A stretch of 64,000 nt of DNA from Eledone cirrhosa (GCA_964016885.1 OZ024754.1:1178001-1242000), one strand, 5' to 3'. Shown: positions 23,501-35,815, counted from the stretch's first letter. The notes: generated from the sequence alone by a model not told the origin. Numbers and translations are program-made.

Positions 23501-24667
23501 CTTTATTGGAACAGTTTTATCAACTTTGATGGTCATATTACCTTCAAAGACCTAGCTGGTTATATCTATTCCAGGACTTTACTGGAACAGTTTTATCAAC
23601 TTTGATGAGTAAGTTTTCGTCTATATTCAATATAATTATACTTCTATATTAATTGCTCTAAATAATTAAACATTTTCAATGTTATGTTTTCATGAAGACT
23701 CCAGAGAAATACCAAAGAAACTGTTGAAATAAATGGCTGGATAATTCCTAAAGACACAGCTGTTAACGTATCCATTTACGTTCTTCATCATGACCCTAAA
23801 TACTGGCCTGAACCCCATAAATTTATACCAGAGAGGTAAGAAAATTATTTCAATTTTGATATCAGAAAATGGAAAAAAATGTAGGCTTAAAAAAAATCTA
23901 ACCTAAATGGTATTCAATGAGGTTTAACATGTGTCAAAGATTAAAAATGTATTTTAATAATGAAATATTTCTAAAATGTCATCTTAAATTACCTTACAAC
24001 CCTATAATCGTTCCTAGTTGAACATCGTACCCATGCTCAAAGCTGGTTTTCAGCTGGTCAGTGACTCTCTGCACATCAGTGTTTCCCTAAGGTTTGGCCT
24101 CCAAAACTGTGAGTAACACAAATGTTGCTGTGGATCCACGGCAGATGCTTTTGGCCTTCACTCTGTCATGCCGCCTCTGTGTGGGTTACCCCTCATGCCA
24201 AGACGCTGTCTAGGAGATCATTATGACTTGGACACTGCTGGCTTCTAATCACAGCTCGAACTGGTAGTGTTAGGGGACAACAAAAGGCCAGATTGCATCA
24301 CAATTTTCACACTCTACAGTGGTAAGCCCCTCATCTGGGATGCAACATGCAGCAACACTTTATCTGGCAGAATCTTAGTGAATTCAATAACAGATCCATG
24401 TTTCGTTACCTAACAAGCTAAACATCACAAGCTGTTGAAGTATCTGTCTTTTTCTGATAGGTTTATCGCTGAACACTCTGATAGGTTTATAGCATTAGAC
24501 ACTTATGTCCTACTGTCTGTTATTAGGATGCAGATAATTTTGATGGCGTCACTGACAACAATGGACGTATTATTATTTTTTGCAAAAATGATTCAAATGA
24601 AAACATGAAACCATTTTTGTCTCTCTCACTCTCTCTCTGTCTCTCTCATTCTCTCTGTCTCTGTCAG

Positions 24668-24710
<43 letters not shown>

Positions 24711-25886
24711 CTCTCTCTCTCTCTCTGTATGTCTGTGTATGGTTTTTCGGAAGTGGTCAGGCTGGATGTTCGTGTACATATAGTCCCTTTTGTTTTGATA
24801 CGCCATACGTGCTGAAAAGTTCCTGGCTTTGGGTAAAAAAAAATAGAGGAGGATCAATTAATTATTATTTTATTCAACATATTCCCCTCACAGATGCACA
24901 CACTTATTGCAACAGTCCTACCTTCTCTGCTAAGGTGACAGCTCTACCCAGCATTCTCTCGTATAACTGCTTTTATTGAAAGTCAAAATTAAATGAAGAA
25001 TTTATTATATTTACACATATTTTGTTATCCTCTTCGATTTAATGTATTCTATTTAATTGCTAGATTTGCTCCTGAAGCAAAAGACAAAATAAATCCTTAT
25101 GCCTACATGCCATTTGGAATGGGACCAAGAATCTGTATAGGAATTAAAGCGGCAAGACTCGAATTTAAGCTAGCCATTGTTAGCACACTCAGAAAATATA
25201 AATTTGTGAAATCTCCTAAAACTGAGGTAATATGAAACTTTTTGTTCTTCTTCCATTTATTCCTGAGAGGGTTGTGGGGGAGAGTCCTCCAATACTGCTT
25301 TCAAGTGAAGCTCCCAGTGAGGTTCAGTGGCATCTGCCTCTGATCCACATCAGATCTGGCACAGCTGACTTACCTCTCCTCCAATCACACCCTCCTCAGC
25401 ATGACAGCAGAACTTGACATGATCCAAGCACTAGTGTAGGCTCTGGCCGACTGGACCAGCAAAGGCCTCTTCATTTCCTTGTATACAAAATGTCCAACAT
25501 AACTGTGACAACTCTGAGACCTAGGTGTAGAATTTGTTACCCACTCCCCTTCTTCCTTTCTTTCTTCCTTTGTCTATTAGTCCTTGGTCTTCTCCTTTTC
25601 CTATCCTCCATGGCATTTATAGTCCTTCCCAATACTTCTTTCTTTTTCGCTATGTTTAACCAATTTATAATTATATCAACAATATATTTCCTGTCTTTTG
25701 GATTCAATTATGAAATAGATCTTGAATAATATTGAATACAGCCCTAAACTATTGCTCAATTATCTGAAACTGTTAAGTACTTACATCATTTTTTGTTATT
25801 TCTTTTACCAGATACCTCTTAAAACAGGAGGACAAATGTTTCTTTATGCCCAGAATGGTACATGGTTGAGGGTTGAAAAACGATGA
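12068..25886 (+). CDS. Cytochrome P450, CYP3 clan (CYP3A-like), complete, 14 coding exons, 516 aa
   Basis: Exons: 12068-12138, 12867-12963, 13677-13729, 14618-14714, 15814-15930, 16990-17078, 19246-19394, 20782-20906, 21313-21442, 22312-22469, 22630-22718, 23698-23835, 25064-25226, 25812-25886 (sum 1551 nt, open, ends TGA). All introns GT-AG. Motifs: N-terminal membrane anchor, IPGPEP hinge, WKFTR (WxxxR), EVLR (ExxR), PERF across exons 12/13, [10 protein letters not shown] haem ligand. Several exon sizes (71, 53, 89, 149, 163) equal those recalled for CYP3A genes. Confidence 0.93.
14775..15011. mobile_element. Possible piggyBac-type MITE
   Basis: TTAA-ccctttaatattta...taaatgcttaagga-TTAA: degenerate terminal inverted repeats with TTAA at both ends. 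Confidence 0.35.
15965..16500 (-). mobile_element. Decayed CRE-like RLE non-LTR retrotransposon fragment (CYP intron 5)
   Basis: Reverse complement reads KRPDGITIF...KPLI*DATCSD; inverse match to ~24050-24525. Confidence 0.65.
17308..17520. mobile_element. (TA)n-flanked element with a ~53-bp-arm GC-rich hairpin (17308-17421) and unique extension
   Basis: gggaatgagtaggaccccgacggctgagctcaagccgtttcgacagctaattc-agtcca-gaattagccgtcgaaacagcttgagctcagccgtcggggtcctactcgttcc. Confidence 0.75.
17560..17970 (-). mobile_element. Penelope-like pseudo-LTR fragment between two (TA)n tracts
   Basis: Minus strand order: CCAAT box, TATAAAA, CCAAT box, hammerhead motif, AATAAA. Confidence 0.55.
17689..17728 (-). 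ncRNA. Minimal type I hammerhead ribozyme, U3-A8 core variant
   Basis: Minus strand: CUU UUGAAAA GCAG-aagaa-CUGC GAAA CCGG UA AAG. 3-bp stem I, perfect stem II, palindromic ACCGGU stem III, GUA cleavage triplet ending at 17694. Confidence 0.65.
17995..18745. mobile_element. Long fold-back element (arms ~18010-18345 and ~18413-18745) with an internal ~90 bp direct repeat (17995 and 18303)
   Basis: Arms are clear reverse complements; flanked by (TA)n; partial tandem plus inverted layout resembles Penelope pLTRs. Confidence 0.7.
19780..20095 (-). mobile_element. LINE reverse-transcriptase fragment
   Basis: [13 protein letters not shown]...[18 protein letters not shown] (RT C-terminal YLG motif). 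Confidence 0.65.
22770..23050 (-). mobile_element. Decayed SINE
   Basis: gaaattaatgtgtaagtggctgagtat...gaattacaggtac...gactgaagcaacatgaaatgag resembles a cephalopod CORE-type SINE as recalled. Confidence 0.45.
23155..23607. repeat. Minisatellite, ~6 units alternating 77/73 bp
   Basis: taccttcaaagacc recurs at 23163, 23240, 23313, 23390, 23463, 23539. Confidence 0.9.
24050..24525 (+). mobile_element. Decayed CRE-like RLE non-LTR retrotransposon fragment (CYP intron 12)
   Basis: [30 protein letters not shown]: PD...WDxT signature of the RLE domain. Confidence 0.7.
24806..24925 (+). mobile_element. Mariner-like terminal fragment
   Basis: gtgctgaaaagttcctggctt...ttttattcaacatattcccctc...acacacttattgc resembles mariner TIR and subterminal sequence as recalled. 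Confidence 0.45.
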
Positions 25887-25905
25887 TTATAAAAGATGTT
25901 TGATG

Positions 25906-25911
25906 AATAAA
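25906..25911 (+). promoter_or_regulatory. Candidate polyadenylation signal of the CYP gene
   Basis: AATAAA 20 nt after the stop codon; actual use not demonstrable from sequence. Confidence 0.35.
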
Positions 25912-26189
25912 ATGCTAAAGATATTTTCCAGTAGAAGAGATTGGAACATTCTTTTAATGTTGTGTAATTCTGATTTGTAACTGTATAAAATAAAATCTGT
26001 CAATTTTACATTATTTGTTAATATTGATACTAATATATATATGTACACACAAGCCAGGTAGATTATATCCTTACCAGGAGACGTGACAGAATGTCTGTTG
26101 TAAACACTAAATCCCTCCCCCATGAAGAATGCACCTAGGACTATCCTCAGGAGAAAAATATAGAAATTAAAGGACCCCACATCCAGTAA

Positions 26190-28750
26190 TAAATTTAAAA
26201 GCATAGTAAGGAAGAGCAATTAGAGTTGTACAATATAGAGGAACAGTGAGAATTCCTGAAAGCTAACCTGCTGAAGGCGACAGATGAAACCTGTGGCTGG
26301 AGCAGGCCTATAGGCAGGAGGAGAGTAACTTGGTAGTGGAACAGTAAGGTGGAGAGGCCAAAAAGCAGGCTTGGAAAGCATGGCGGGATGGGGGAAGTAG
26401 AGAAGACTATCAAGTGGCCAGGAGGGAAGCTAGGAGACAAGTGTACTTCGCAAGAAGGGAAGCAGAGGAAAGAAAGTTCAAGCATGTTCTACAACGCGAG
26501 GACCAAAAACGTGAGGTGTTCAGGATTGCTAGGCAATGTGTCAAGGAAAACAGTGATATTGTCGGGGAGAAGTGTGTCCTAAATGATGATGGTGTACTTG
26601 CCATCACTGACGCTGATAAGAAGGTAGCTTGGAAGTGTCACTACGAAAGGCTACTAAATGAGGAGAATAATTGGGAGAAAGACAGTCTCCCCCACATCGA
26701 CCCAATAGAGGGACCAGCAGTGAAAGTTGAAGGTAGTATAATAAGTAAGGCGATCAAAGACATGAAGACGGGCAAGGCGTCCGGGCCTTCGGAAATAGTT
26801 GCCGAAATGCTGAAAGCATCTGGAACGGTGGGACACACTATGGTCACCCGGATAGTAAACCAAGTCATACAGAATGGGGTCGTTCCGAAGGACTGGCGCA
26901 GCAGCATCATCATTAACTGTTACAAGGGTAAAGGTGATGCCCTAGATAGGGGGAAACTATAGAGGCATTAAATTAATTGACCAGGTCATGAAGGTCACAG
27001 AAAAAGTAATAGCGCAACTAATCAGAGAGCGAATTGATCTAGACGAAATGCAGTTCGGGTTTGTGTCAGGTAAAAGTACAACAGACGCTCTTTTCATTGT
27101 ACAACATCTACAGGAGAAGTACCTAGCTAAAAGTAAACCCCTATACTTAGCTTTTGTTGACTTGGAGAAAGCCTTTGACAGAGTACCCCGCTTGATTATC
27201 TGGTGAGCCCTTAGAAAACTAGGTGTTGATGAATGGCTTGTGAGAGCTATACAAGCCATGTATAAAGAAACAGTCAGCAAGGTTAGAATTAACAACGAAT
27301 GTAGTGAAGAGTTGGTGTTCATCAGGGCTCCGTCCTTAGCCCCCTACTATTTATTATTGCTCTTCAGGCTATAACAGAGGATTTCAAGACCGGCTGCCCA
27401 TGGGAACTCCTATATGCAGATGATCTAACGCTCATAGCTGAATCAATGGCTGAACTAGAAAATAAATTCCAAACATGGAAGCATGGCCTAGAATCAAAAG
27501 GCCTTAAAGTTAACTTGTCTAAGACTAAAGTTTGTAGGAAGGAAAATAGGGCACCGGTCCCATCTGGGAAATGGCCATGCTCAGTGTGTAGGAAAGGAGT
27601 AGGTAGAAACTCCATGTTATGTCCCAAATGCAAAGTATGGCTACATAAAAGATGTAGTGGGATCACAGGTAAGCTAACTAAGAATATAGATTTTATATGT
27701 GGCCGGTGCTCTGGTGCAATAAGTAGCACACAAGTGCCCACAGAATACTAACTCATTCCATTGCACAGATGGTTCTATAGAAATAGTGGACAGCTTCCGT
27801 TACCTGGGTGATAAAATCAGCAGTGGGGGAGGGTGCTCTGAAAGTACAGTAGCTAGAGTCAGAACGGGATGGAAAAAGTTAAGAGAGCTTATACCACTAT
27901 TGGCCGTTAAAGGGTTCTCTCTAAAAATGAAAGGCAGGCTGTATGATGCCTGCATACGAACAGCAATGTTACATGGCAGTGAGACCTAGGCATTGTGTGC
28001 AGAGGATATACGCAGGCTGGAGAGAAACGAAGCTTGCATGCTCCGCTGGATGTATAATAGTAATATACGTGAACGGCAAAGCATAAACGAAATAAGGGAG
28101 AAATTAGAAATAAGAGGGATCAGATGTTTACTCGAGAGAAGACTATGTTGGTATGGTCACGTGATGCGCATGAAAGACGACAGCTGTATAAAAATGTGCA
28201 GGGCAATACAAATAAACGGTAGCCACGGAGTAGGCAGACCCAGAAAAATCTGGGACGACTTGATAAATTCCGACCTCACACACTTACACCTCTCCAAGAC
28301 AATGTCACTGGACCGAGTTCTTTGGCGCTACACAGTAATAGAGAAGACCCGCCTTACCTAAGTGCAAAGTAAAACCTACTACAGTCGGTAGGCACCTCTA
28401 ACAAAATACACCCCCGTCCCACTACCCCCACCCCATCCACACCACCCCTTTCAATGTAAAGTTATGTTGGTACCACAACATCCAGCCCGAAACAAATGAG
28501 GTCGTGTAGGTGTCACGACAGAAGCACACACAGTCCACGCTGTAATGTGGGCGTGTAGGTAACATGGTAAAAACCTCCCAGTTCCACACTGTAAATGTGG
28601 TTGGTGTTAGGAAGGGCATCCAACCATAGAAAACCCGCCAGACAGTCCTATGCGAGCAAGACAACCACTCTTGCCTCAAGTGGGAAAATTCCCGTCCAAA
28701 CCCATGCGAGCGTGGAATATGGACGTTAAACGAAGATCATGATGATGATA
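26190..28750 (+). mobile_element. 5'-truncated, frameshifted RTE-clade LINE (RT with PHD-like insertion) with 3' UTR and (GAT)n tail
   Basis: ORF pieces 26414-26962 (KASGPSEIVAEMLK...KGKGDALD), 26988-27206 (QFGF...STTDA...AFVDLEKAFD), LYADD near 27410, 27446-27751 (Cys/His finger), 27786-28361 (FRYLG...GSET...WYGHVMR...GRPRK); tail ggacgttaaacgaagatcatgatgatga. Confidence 0.92.
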
Positions 28751-28877
28751 CATATATACATACATATATACACATACATACACATATATACATACATACA
28801 TACACACACATACATACATATACATACACACACACACACATATACATACACACACACATATATACATATACACACAC

Positions 28878-28908
<31 letters not shown>

Positions 28909-28976
28909 TACATATACATTAGTATTCACACATACATATACATTAGTATTCACACATACATATACATACCAGTACC

Positions 28977-29007
<31 letters not shown>

Positions 29008-29010
29008 CAG
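28750..29010. repeat. Compound (CA/TA/TACA)n microsatellite
   Basis: Direct inspection. Confidence 0.9.
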
Positions 29011-29140
29011 TATTTCGAGTACGGCCACTACATTATATTCATGTAGGAGAACCCCTACCGATGCGCTGAACGAATGTGACTTTTTAGTCCAGCCAGCGAC
29101 TTGAAAACTCTTGTACAAACACTACACTTGTGATAATTAT
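29010..29140 (-). mobile_element. 3' tail of an RTE/BovB-like element
   Basis: Reverse complement of ~60800-60930, which encodes a C2H2-like CSVCTRVFKSLAGLKRH. Confidence 0.65.
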
Positions 29141-29859
29141 ATATCTATCTATCTACCTACATATCTATCAATTATATATCTATCTATCTACCTACATATC
29201 TATTTATGCATCTCAAAACCTTTTGCAACGTCTATCTTGAGAGGTTAAACACCCTCTTACGCCATATGATGCCAAAGGGAGATAATTACATGATTGACTT
29301 TGACACGTGCGTACACACCAAACAAACTTAGACACACCCACATACAGCAATGGTAGACGAACGGCGCTGAATTTGATTTTCGGTGAAAACGTAACAAGTT
29401 GTGTTTCATTGTTTGAACAAACGGACCACTATTATTTCTTCTGGAAACTTTTTTTTATTTATTCTTACCCTCCTTTCTCGTCCATGGGAGCAAATAAGAC
29501 ATTTATTTTACAAGAGAGTCACTTCAGAAAATTACGCTATCAATATTGATACAGCACATAATAGTGATAACCATTTCAATGCAACAACTTAAACAACAAT
29601 AATATTAATGATATAAGGAAAAAGAGTTCAGAGGAAATTTAACAGAAGAAAGAAGAAATGAATTAAGAGAGGAAACTAGAATTTCTCAATGAAGCAAGAC
29701 GAGGAAGACAAAGGTATGCTAAACATGTGTTTAATTAACATTACAAATTGTTCAGTTCTTTCAGAATGAAAATAAAAACACATAATACAATGTGTATAAA
29801 AATATCTCTATTTGATTTCTAGCTTCGAAAAACTGTCACAATTTATTTATGAAAATGCA

Positions 29860-30140
29860 AAGGAACGGTTGAACATCAGAGCAAAAGACAGCAGCGAGGG
29901 GTAAATTTTTCAGCCTGTGGGGAGTCGGGCCGCTGACTGCGAGGTTCCTCTCTTCACTGGCGGCTCGCCTAATAGATGTAACTGGCGAGGGCGCTTGTTT
30001 CTTCCAGCACCCCAGCCTCGCCATCACTCGAGGTAACACTGCCAGTGTGCTGGCTTGCCTTAAAAATCATTAGAGAGGTTGCCCAGTACCCCTGGCTGCT
30101 GTCTTTTGCTCCGTTTTCCACCCCTTCAATTTATACTGTT
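29860..30140 (+). mobile_element. CRE-like retrotransposon 3' end
   Basis: SLAITRGNTASVLA C-terminal motif, homologous to ~6660-6720. Confidence 0.55.
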
Positions 30141-30984
30141 ACTTAAGCATTTGTAGTGTTATGTATATATTTAAAACATATTTATGTTATTCTACTGTAA
30201 ATTTATTTATATTCTTTGTATATATCATATGTGTTTATATTTTCACTCCCATTTGTAACGTTATTTAATATATAATAAGTGTTTCTACTTTTGGCACAAG
30301 GCCGGCAAATATTCAGTGTATTACTGGTACTTTATTTAATATATAATAACATTTCAAATTGTAAGATGTAAATAATTGTTCCAAATGTATTTAGTTGTTA
30401 ACAAACTATCAAATTTCTCTTTTATTCAGTTGTATAAATAACATTAGAAATCGTTTGCAATTCTTTCAGAATGAAAATATAAACAGAGCATATAAATAAA
30501 TTTACAGTAGAATAACATAAATATGTTTTAAATACAGTGGTACCTTGAGATACGAGTGAACCGACATATGATTTTTTTTTAGATACGAGCTAGCGCGTGC
30601 CTGCTGCTTGATTTTTACATGTTAATTTTCTGACATGCTTCATTTTTACACGAAAAAACATTGAATTTTTAGAATAAATATTTATTAAAATATTAACAGA
30701 GAAAATTAGATTTTTGATTTAATTTTTTAACAAAATAAATATTTATTTACAGTTTTTCACAGAAAAACTATGCTTCATTTTTACATGAATATTTATTTAC
30801 AGTTTTTAACAGAAAAAATATTGCTGCGAAATACATTTTTTTTTTTTTAACAGATTTACAGTTTTTAACAGAAAAAAAAATTCTTTAAACAATATATTGT
30901 TGCGATATACAGTAAATTTTTTTTACCGGTGCAATTTTATGCGTGATGTATGTAGTGAATGGGTTGAGCAAAATCCGGCGATAC

Positions 30985-31215
30985 TCGGTGGTCTTGATTC
31001 TGCCGAGACTGCTGCCTCTCATTGAAAGGCACTGTGCAAATGGATCTATGATCCATACAGATGAATGGCGGGTATGCCTGGTCGTTATACACATCTCACT
31101 GTCAATCGTTCAAAGCATTTCGTTGATCCCATATCAAGTACACACACGCAAAATATTGAGGGGTATACCAGCCGACCAATATTTCAGTCGTATTTAAGGG
31201 AGTTTGAGTGGCAAT
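30985..31215 (+). mobile_element. Merlin (IS1016/IS1595-like) transposase fragment
   Basis: LLPLIERHCANGSMIHTDEWR, then after a frameshift YTHLTVNRSKHFVDPISSTHTQNIEG: the TD...H..VNH...FV...HTQ.IE signature. Confidence 0.8.
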
Positions 31216-31329
31216 GTCACGTATCCAACTGGTGAAGGTAAATGTTTCGAAAAAAATGTAGTTGTTCTAATGCAGTTTATATATAATATCGTCTTTGTTT
31301 TAATGCGTAGTTAAAGTTTACGAACGTCT

Positions 31330-32300
31330 TTGATGTACACCTTGGCGACTATACACCTACACAGCTCTTACGCTGATAACATTTTGGAGTACTCCGGCAA
31401 TTCGACCACTACTACGCCTTCACGACTTGCAACAAATGCTTCACCTTTTCCTGTCGCATCAGTTTCGGCCAGCGCCACTTCGACAAACGAAGCAACACTA
31501 AAGGCCATCCTTGACCTTACGAAGGAGGTACAACTTCTTCGTTTATCCAGATCGAGATCTCCCCGACAACGGTCGCAGAATTGTTCGAATTATTCACGTC
31601 GTCGTTTCTAACCTTCACCATCGCGAGCATGCTTTTACCATATCCGTTTCGGAGCCTCTGCTCATAAATGCATCTCCAACGAAGTAACGGAGAATTAAGC
31701 ACGACGTCTTCTCCGCAATTCAGTACTGAAAGTCGTGGATTTTTCATTACGGATTCCTTCTCGCACGCACGCTGCCTCATCGACACGGATGCGTATTGCA
31801 GCATTTGGCCGTTAACACTCTTGAAAGAAAAACCTCCTCTCTCACACATATCACTACAAGCTATAAATCATTCAGCTATCCCTACGTATGGACAAATCTC
31901 TCGCTCTTTGGACCTGGATTTACGTAGAGATTTCTCATGGATTTTGACCAGAGCTAATTAGGACTACCAGTTATCACCCTGCATCTAATGCTACTCAGCA
32001 CTCTACACTATATGTGACCCGTTTGCGTGCGTATTTTCAAGTCCTGCCTCATATGAAAACTAGGCAACAAACCTTTAAATCTTCTGTTCAGAGGGACTTT
32101 CCTCGTGGACCCATGTTTTTGTCAGAAATGACGGTGAGAAGACCTCTCACTCCACCTTATTCTGGACCCTATCGTGTACTTGCACGTAGAGATAAACATT
32201 TCACCTTTGACTTTAATGGACATAAAGACACACTCTATTGACAGACTAAAGCGGGCCTACACAGATGCTCTCACATCAGAGCCTCATACTCCCCTCTTCT
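31330..32300 (+). mobile_element. Internally deleted Ty3/Gypsy remnant (gag end, protease, integrase C-terminus)
   Basis: RSRSPRQRS, CFYHIRFGASAHKC knuckle, LIDTDAYCSIWP protease remnant, RRPLTPPYSGPYRVLAR...SIDRLKRAY (GPY/F region); RT, RNase H and integrase core absent. Confidence 0.82.
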
Positions 32301-33129
32301 ACAATGTGTCAATACAAGCACCACCGCAAACACCACAATCACATTCAAACACTCCTTTACTTTCAACATACATCAAACTGACCAATGGGAAGTTGCGTAT
32401 GACAGACCGAACTGACTTGGAGATGATACATCGCGCGAAAATTTATTGTAAAATGACTCTTACAATCCTTTTCGACAAATAAAATTATATTTATAGAGGA
32501 GTGAGCATTGAAGAGCTATTTATTTATATCCTGGAAGTCAGAAGCATTTACTACCGATAAGAAGCTACCAACTCTTCGATTAAGGTATTTCAATTATATC
32601 ACTTATAACTAATATCCTTCGAAGACCTATAACAACAATGTAAAATCATATAGATAATATTTAGCCCCTCATCCTTATCTATAAATGTATCATTTATCAC
32701 ATAAGACAGTGTAACAGTCTTCGTTCAACTAATGTGTATATTGTCAATTGCGATTTTATTTGACGTATTATATCTACATGTATATATACTTGCGTATAAT
32801 ATCAATATACACACTACACATGCTAGCAGAAAACCACCCGTAGTATATATATATATAGCGTAGAGTGTAGCTAGTGTATGTATGTATATATAAGTATGTA
32901 TGTATATATATAAGTGTGTGTGTGTGTAAAAATGTCAATAATGACCTTTTTTTTTTTTTTGACAAAAAACTTGAATTTAAGTTGTCATGTTTACCTTAAT
33001 TAACATTTTAAAAGAAAAGTTGGTTATTTTGACATCCCCCCCCCTCCCCAAACTAAAAACAAGACATAAAAATTTAAATTTAAGTTTTAATTGTAAAAGT
33101 AACATTATCATATTTTAGCTCCTTGAGTT

Positions 33130-33290
33130 CCTTAAGTGCGTATTTCAGCTCGTATTCCCCATTTTCTAAACACAATGCTTTTGCAAGCGAATCTTCACTC
33201 ATTGAATTCTGTATTCGTAGGCCTGACTTTTCCCAGCAATTTACAATTGTCTCTTTTACAACCGAATCCCATGCCTGGACTGACCAAAAA
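33130..33290 (-). mobile_element. pogo/Tigger transposase C-terminal fragment
   Basis: AWDSVVKETIVNCWEKSG motif; a Tigger-like terminus (cagtggtacct) is also seen at ~30535. Confidence 0.6.
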
Positions 33291-34546
33291 TACCATGCAA
33301 TAACTGTTTTTACTTTTGCCAGCAATTATTCCAGTGCATTACTGGTACTTTATTTATCGACCCTATAAGGATGAAAGGCCAAGTTGAACTCGGAAAATAA
33401 AGGGACGTAACTCATGACGTTCCTTTTAAATTGACACTTTCACATCTTTATTAACCAACTTTATTAATAAAAATCGTATTGTAGTTGCATTTCAATGACC
33501 AAATTATTCCTTGGTCTAAAGGTTGTAATTTTGTAGTTGTGTTCGAGGGTAGAAAAAAAAAGTTTTATATTTTAAAAGCTTTGTTTGTGGCATGCTGCAT
33601 TATCAAGGAGCAATAATACTTTTCTCTATTGTTTAAAAAATTCGTAATTGATTTCTTTTAGGTAAAATGAAAATATATTGTCTGTCATCCATCCGTAATG
33701 TTCTTTTTATAATAAAATTCCTGTTTAGAAATGTCAATATTCTTGAAACAACGAGGTTTAAGGCTTTTTTTCAGTAAAAAGGGGTTTAAACTTTTCACCA
33801 GTTGCACTACATGTGAATAGTACTGTAATTCTCTTTTGATTCCTCTAATTTTGTATTATCATCGTTAAGAAAAACATAACTTTTAGTCCCTCTCCTTATT
33901 CCTACCCTTTATGTCTCATAATCGAATCGATATTCTCAGTCCCTGTCTCCTATTCCTTATCTCTCTATCTCTTACTTTTTATTATTTATTTAATCCTTTG
34001 ATATTTTATTATACAACTTGCCTTTTTATTTTGCTGAAACATATATCGTATTCCTTTTCATGTTATTGTTATCAATACTGTCATCACTATTTTACACATC
34101 CACTTACTCACCACTATAACTTCTACTATTATCAGAAACCGTATTTTGTACTTATTTTTTATATCATCATTCTTTCTTCTTTATACTTTTATTATTGTTT
34201 ATCTTTTATTATTGATGTTTTCGTTTTCATTCACTCGATTCTCTGATGTATCTATAAATGCTAATGCCATGTGTTACACCCTCCAGTATTCCGATGATTT
34301 TATCAGAGCCACACACTGTATTTAAGGTCGAGTGATTAGCGACTTTTAGACTCCCCTGTTCAATGAAACAATTGTTAGTACTGTAAATAAAACCCTTTTT
34401 ATACAGCCGACCATCTTACTCTTCATTCTTTCACTACTATTACTCCAAGATCGACCTGCATGGGAATTATTGCAAACTCGCTACCTAAGTAAGGAAACCT
34501 CTCACTGGATTACCTAAAACGATAACTTGTTATCCCATGTGTATAT

Positions 34547-35075
34547 ATCATCATCATCGTTTAAAGTCTATCTTCCACGCTAGCATGGGTCTAGACGGGA
34601 GATGTCCCACTTGAGGCAAGATTGGTTTTTCTCGCTCGTATAGGACTGTCTGGCAGGTTTTCTACGGTTGGGTGCCCTTCCTAACACCAACCACGTTTAG
34701 TGTGGACTGGGAGGTTTTTAACGTGTTACCTACACGGGCACATTACAGCGTGGAGATTTTTTTTTTTTTTTTTTTTTATCGTGACATCTACACGACCTCA
34801 TTTATTTAGGGCTGGATGTTGTGGTACCAACATAACTTTACAGAGAAAGAGGTTGGAGGAGAGGGTAGTGGGATGCGGGTGTATTTTTGGTTAAGAGGTG
34901 CCTACTGACGAGGTTTCGCGTTGTACATAGACAAATCAGGTCTTCTGTATTACTGCGTAGTGCCAAAGATCTCTGTCCAGTGACATTGTCTTGGAGAGAT
35001 GTATGTAAGGTCGGAATTTATCAGATCGTCCCAGGTTTTTCTGGGTCTGCCTACTCCGTAACTTCCATTATTTTG
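34547..35075 (-). mobile_element. 3' end of an RTE LINE, same family as 26190-28750
   Basis: Reverse complement of ~28210-28750 (GVGRPRKTWDDLINSDL, 3' UTR, (GAT)n tail). Confidence 0.85.
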
Positions 35076-35084
35076 ATATATATA

Positions 35085-35768
35085 TATATGTGTGTGTGTA
35101 TATATTTGTCCTGGGTATGACATTAAACTACATCCAGTGGCAAGGCTCAAGTTCAGGAGGAACTGTGGGGAACGTGGAGTTACCCCCTTAGTTGTCATAA
35201 CTCCCAGGTCTGCTCTGGCCTGGTGTAGTAGTACCTGTTAGGGCCCCATTTATAGGTTAAATAATAAGATGACAGATCGGGGTACCCCTATCAAAGGCCT
35301 TCTCTAGGTCAACAAAGGCTAAGTATAGTGGCTTATTTTTCTCTAAGAACCTCTCTTGTAATTGTCTCATCAAGAAGAGGGCATCTGTTGTACTATTCCC
35401 AGGCACAAAACCAAACTGCATCTCATCTAGTTTGACCCTTTCTCTAATTAGTTGTGCTAATATCCTTTCTGCCACTTTCATAACCTGATCCATCAGTTTT
35501 ATACCCCTATAATTTCTCCTCTCAAGAGCATCCCCTTTACTTTTGCACTAGTCTTTGGGTATGACACTGCCATATATAGCCTGATTGATGTGTGCAACCA
35601 GTTTAGTGCCTACGTCCCCTGAGGCCTTCAGCATCTCAACAACTATCTCCGATGGTCCAGCAGCCTCACCATTTTTCATTTCCTTAATTGCCTCTTGGAC
35701 CCTATATTCGTCAATCTCAATAGCTGGTTCTTCTGTCTGATCTACTGAGGGTAATTTCTCTCTCTCCC

Positions 35769-35815
<47 letters not shown>

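Noticed and set aside
28676-29118. Several ORFs of alternating YV/CM/HT residues (also 24573-24979, 60823-61293)
   Set aside because: Translations of microsatellites, not genes.
29470-29830. Purine-rich exon-like segment ending AAAG|GTATGC, loosely like the array's 78-nt segment
   Set aside because: Stops in the plausible frames, poor acceptor, and the similarity may be purely compositional.
34272-34537. Possible solo LTR (TG...CA with TATTTAA and AATAAA)
   Set aside because: No clean 4-6 bp target duplication for those ends and no second copy near the Gypsy remnant.
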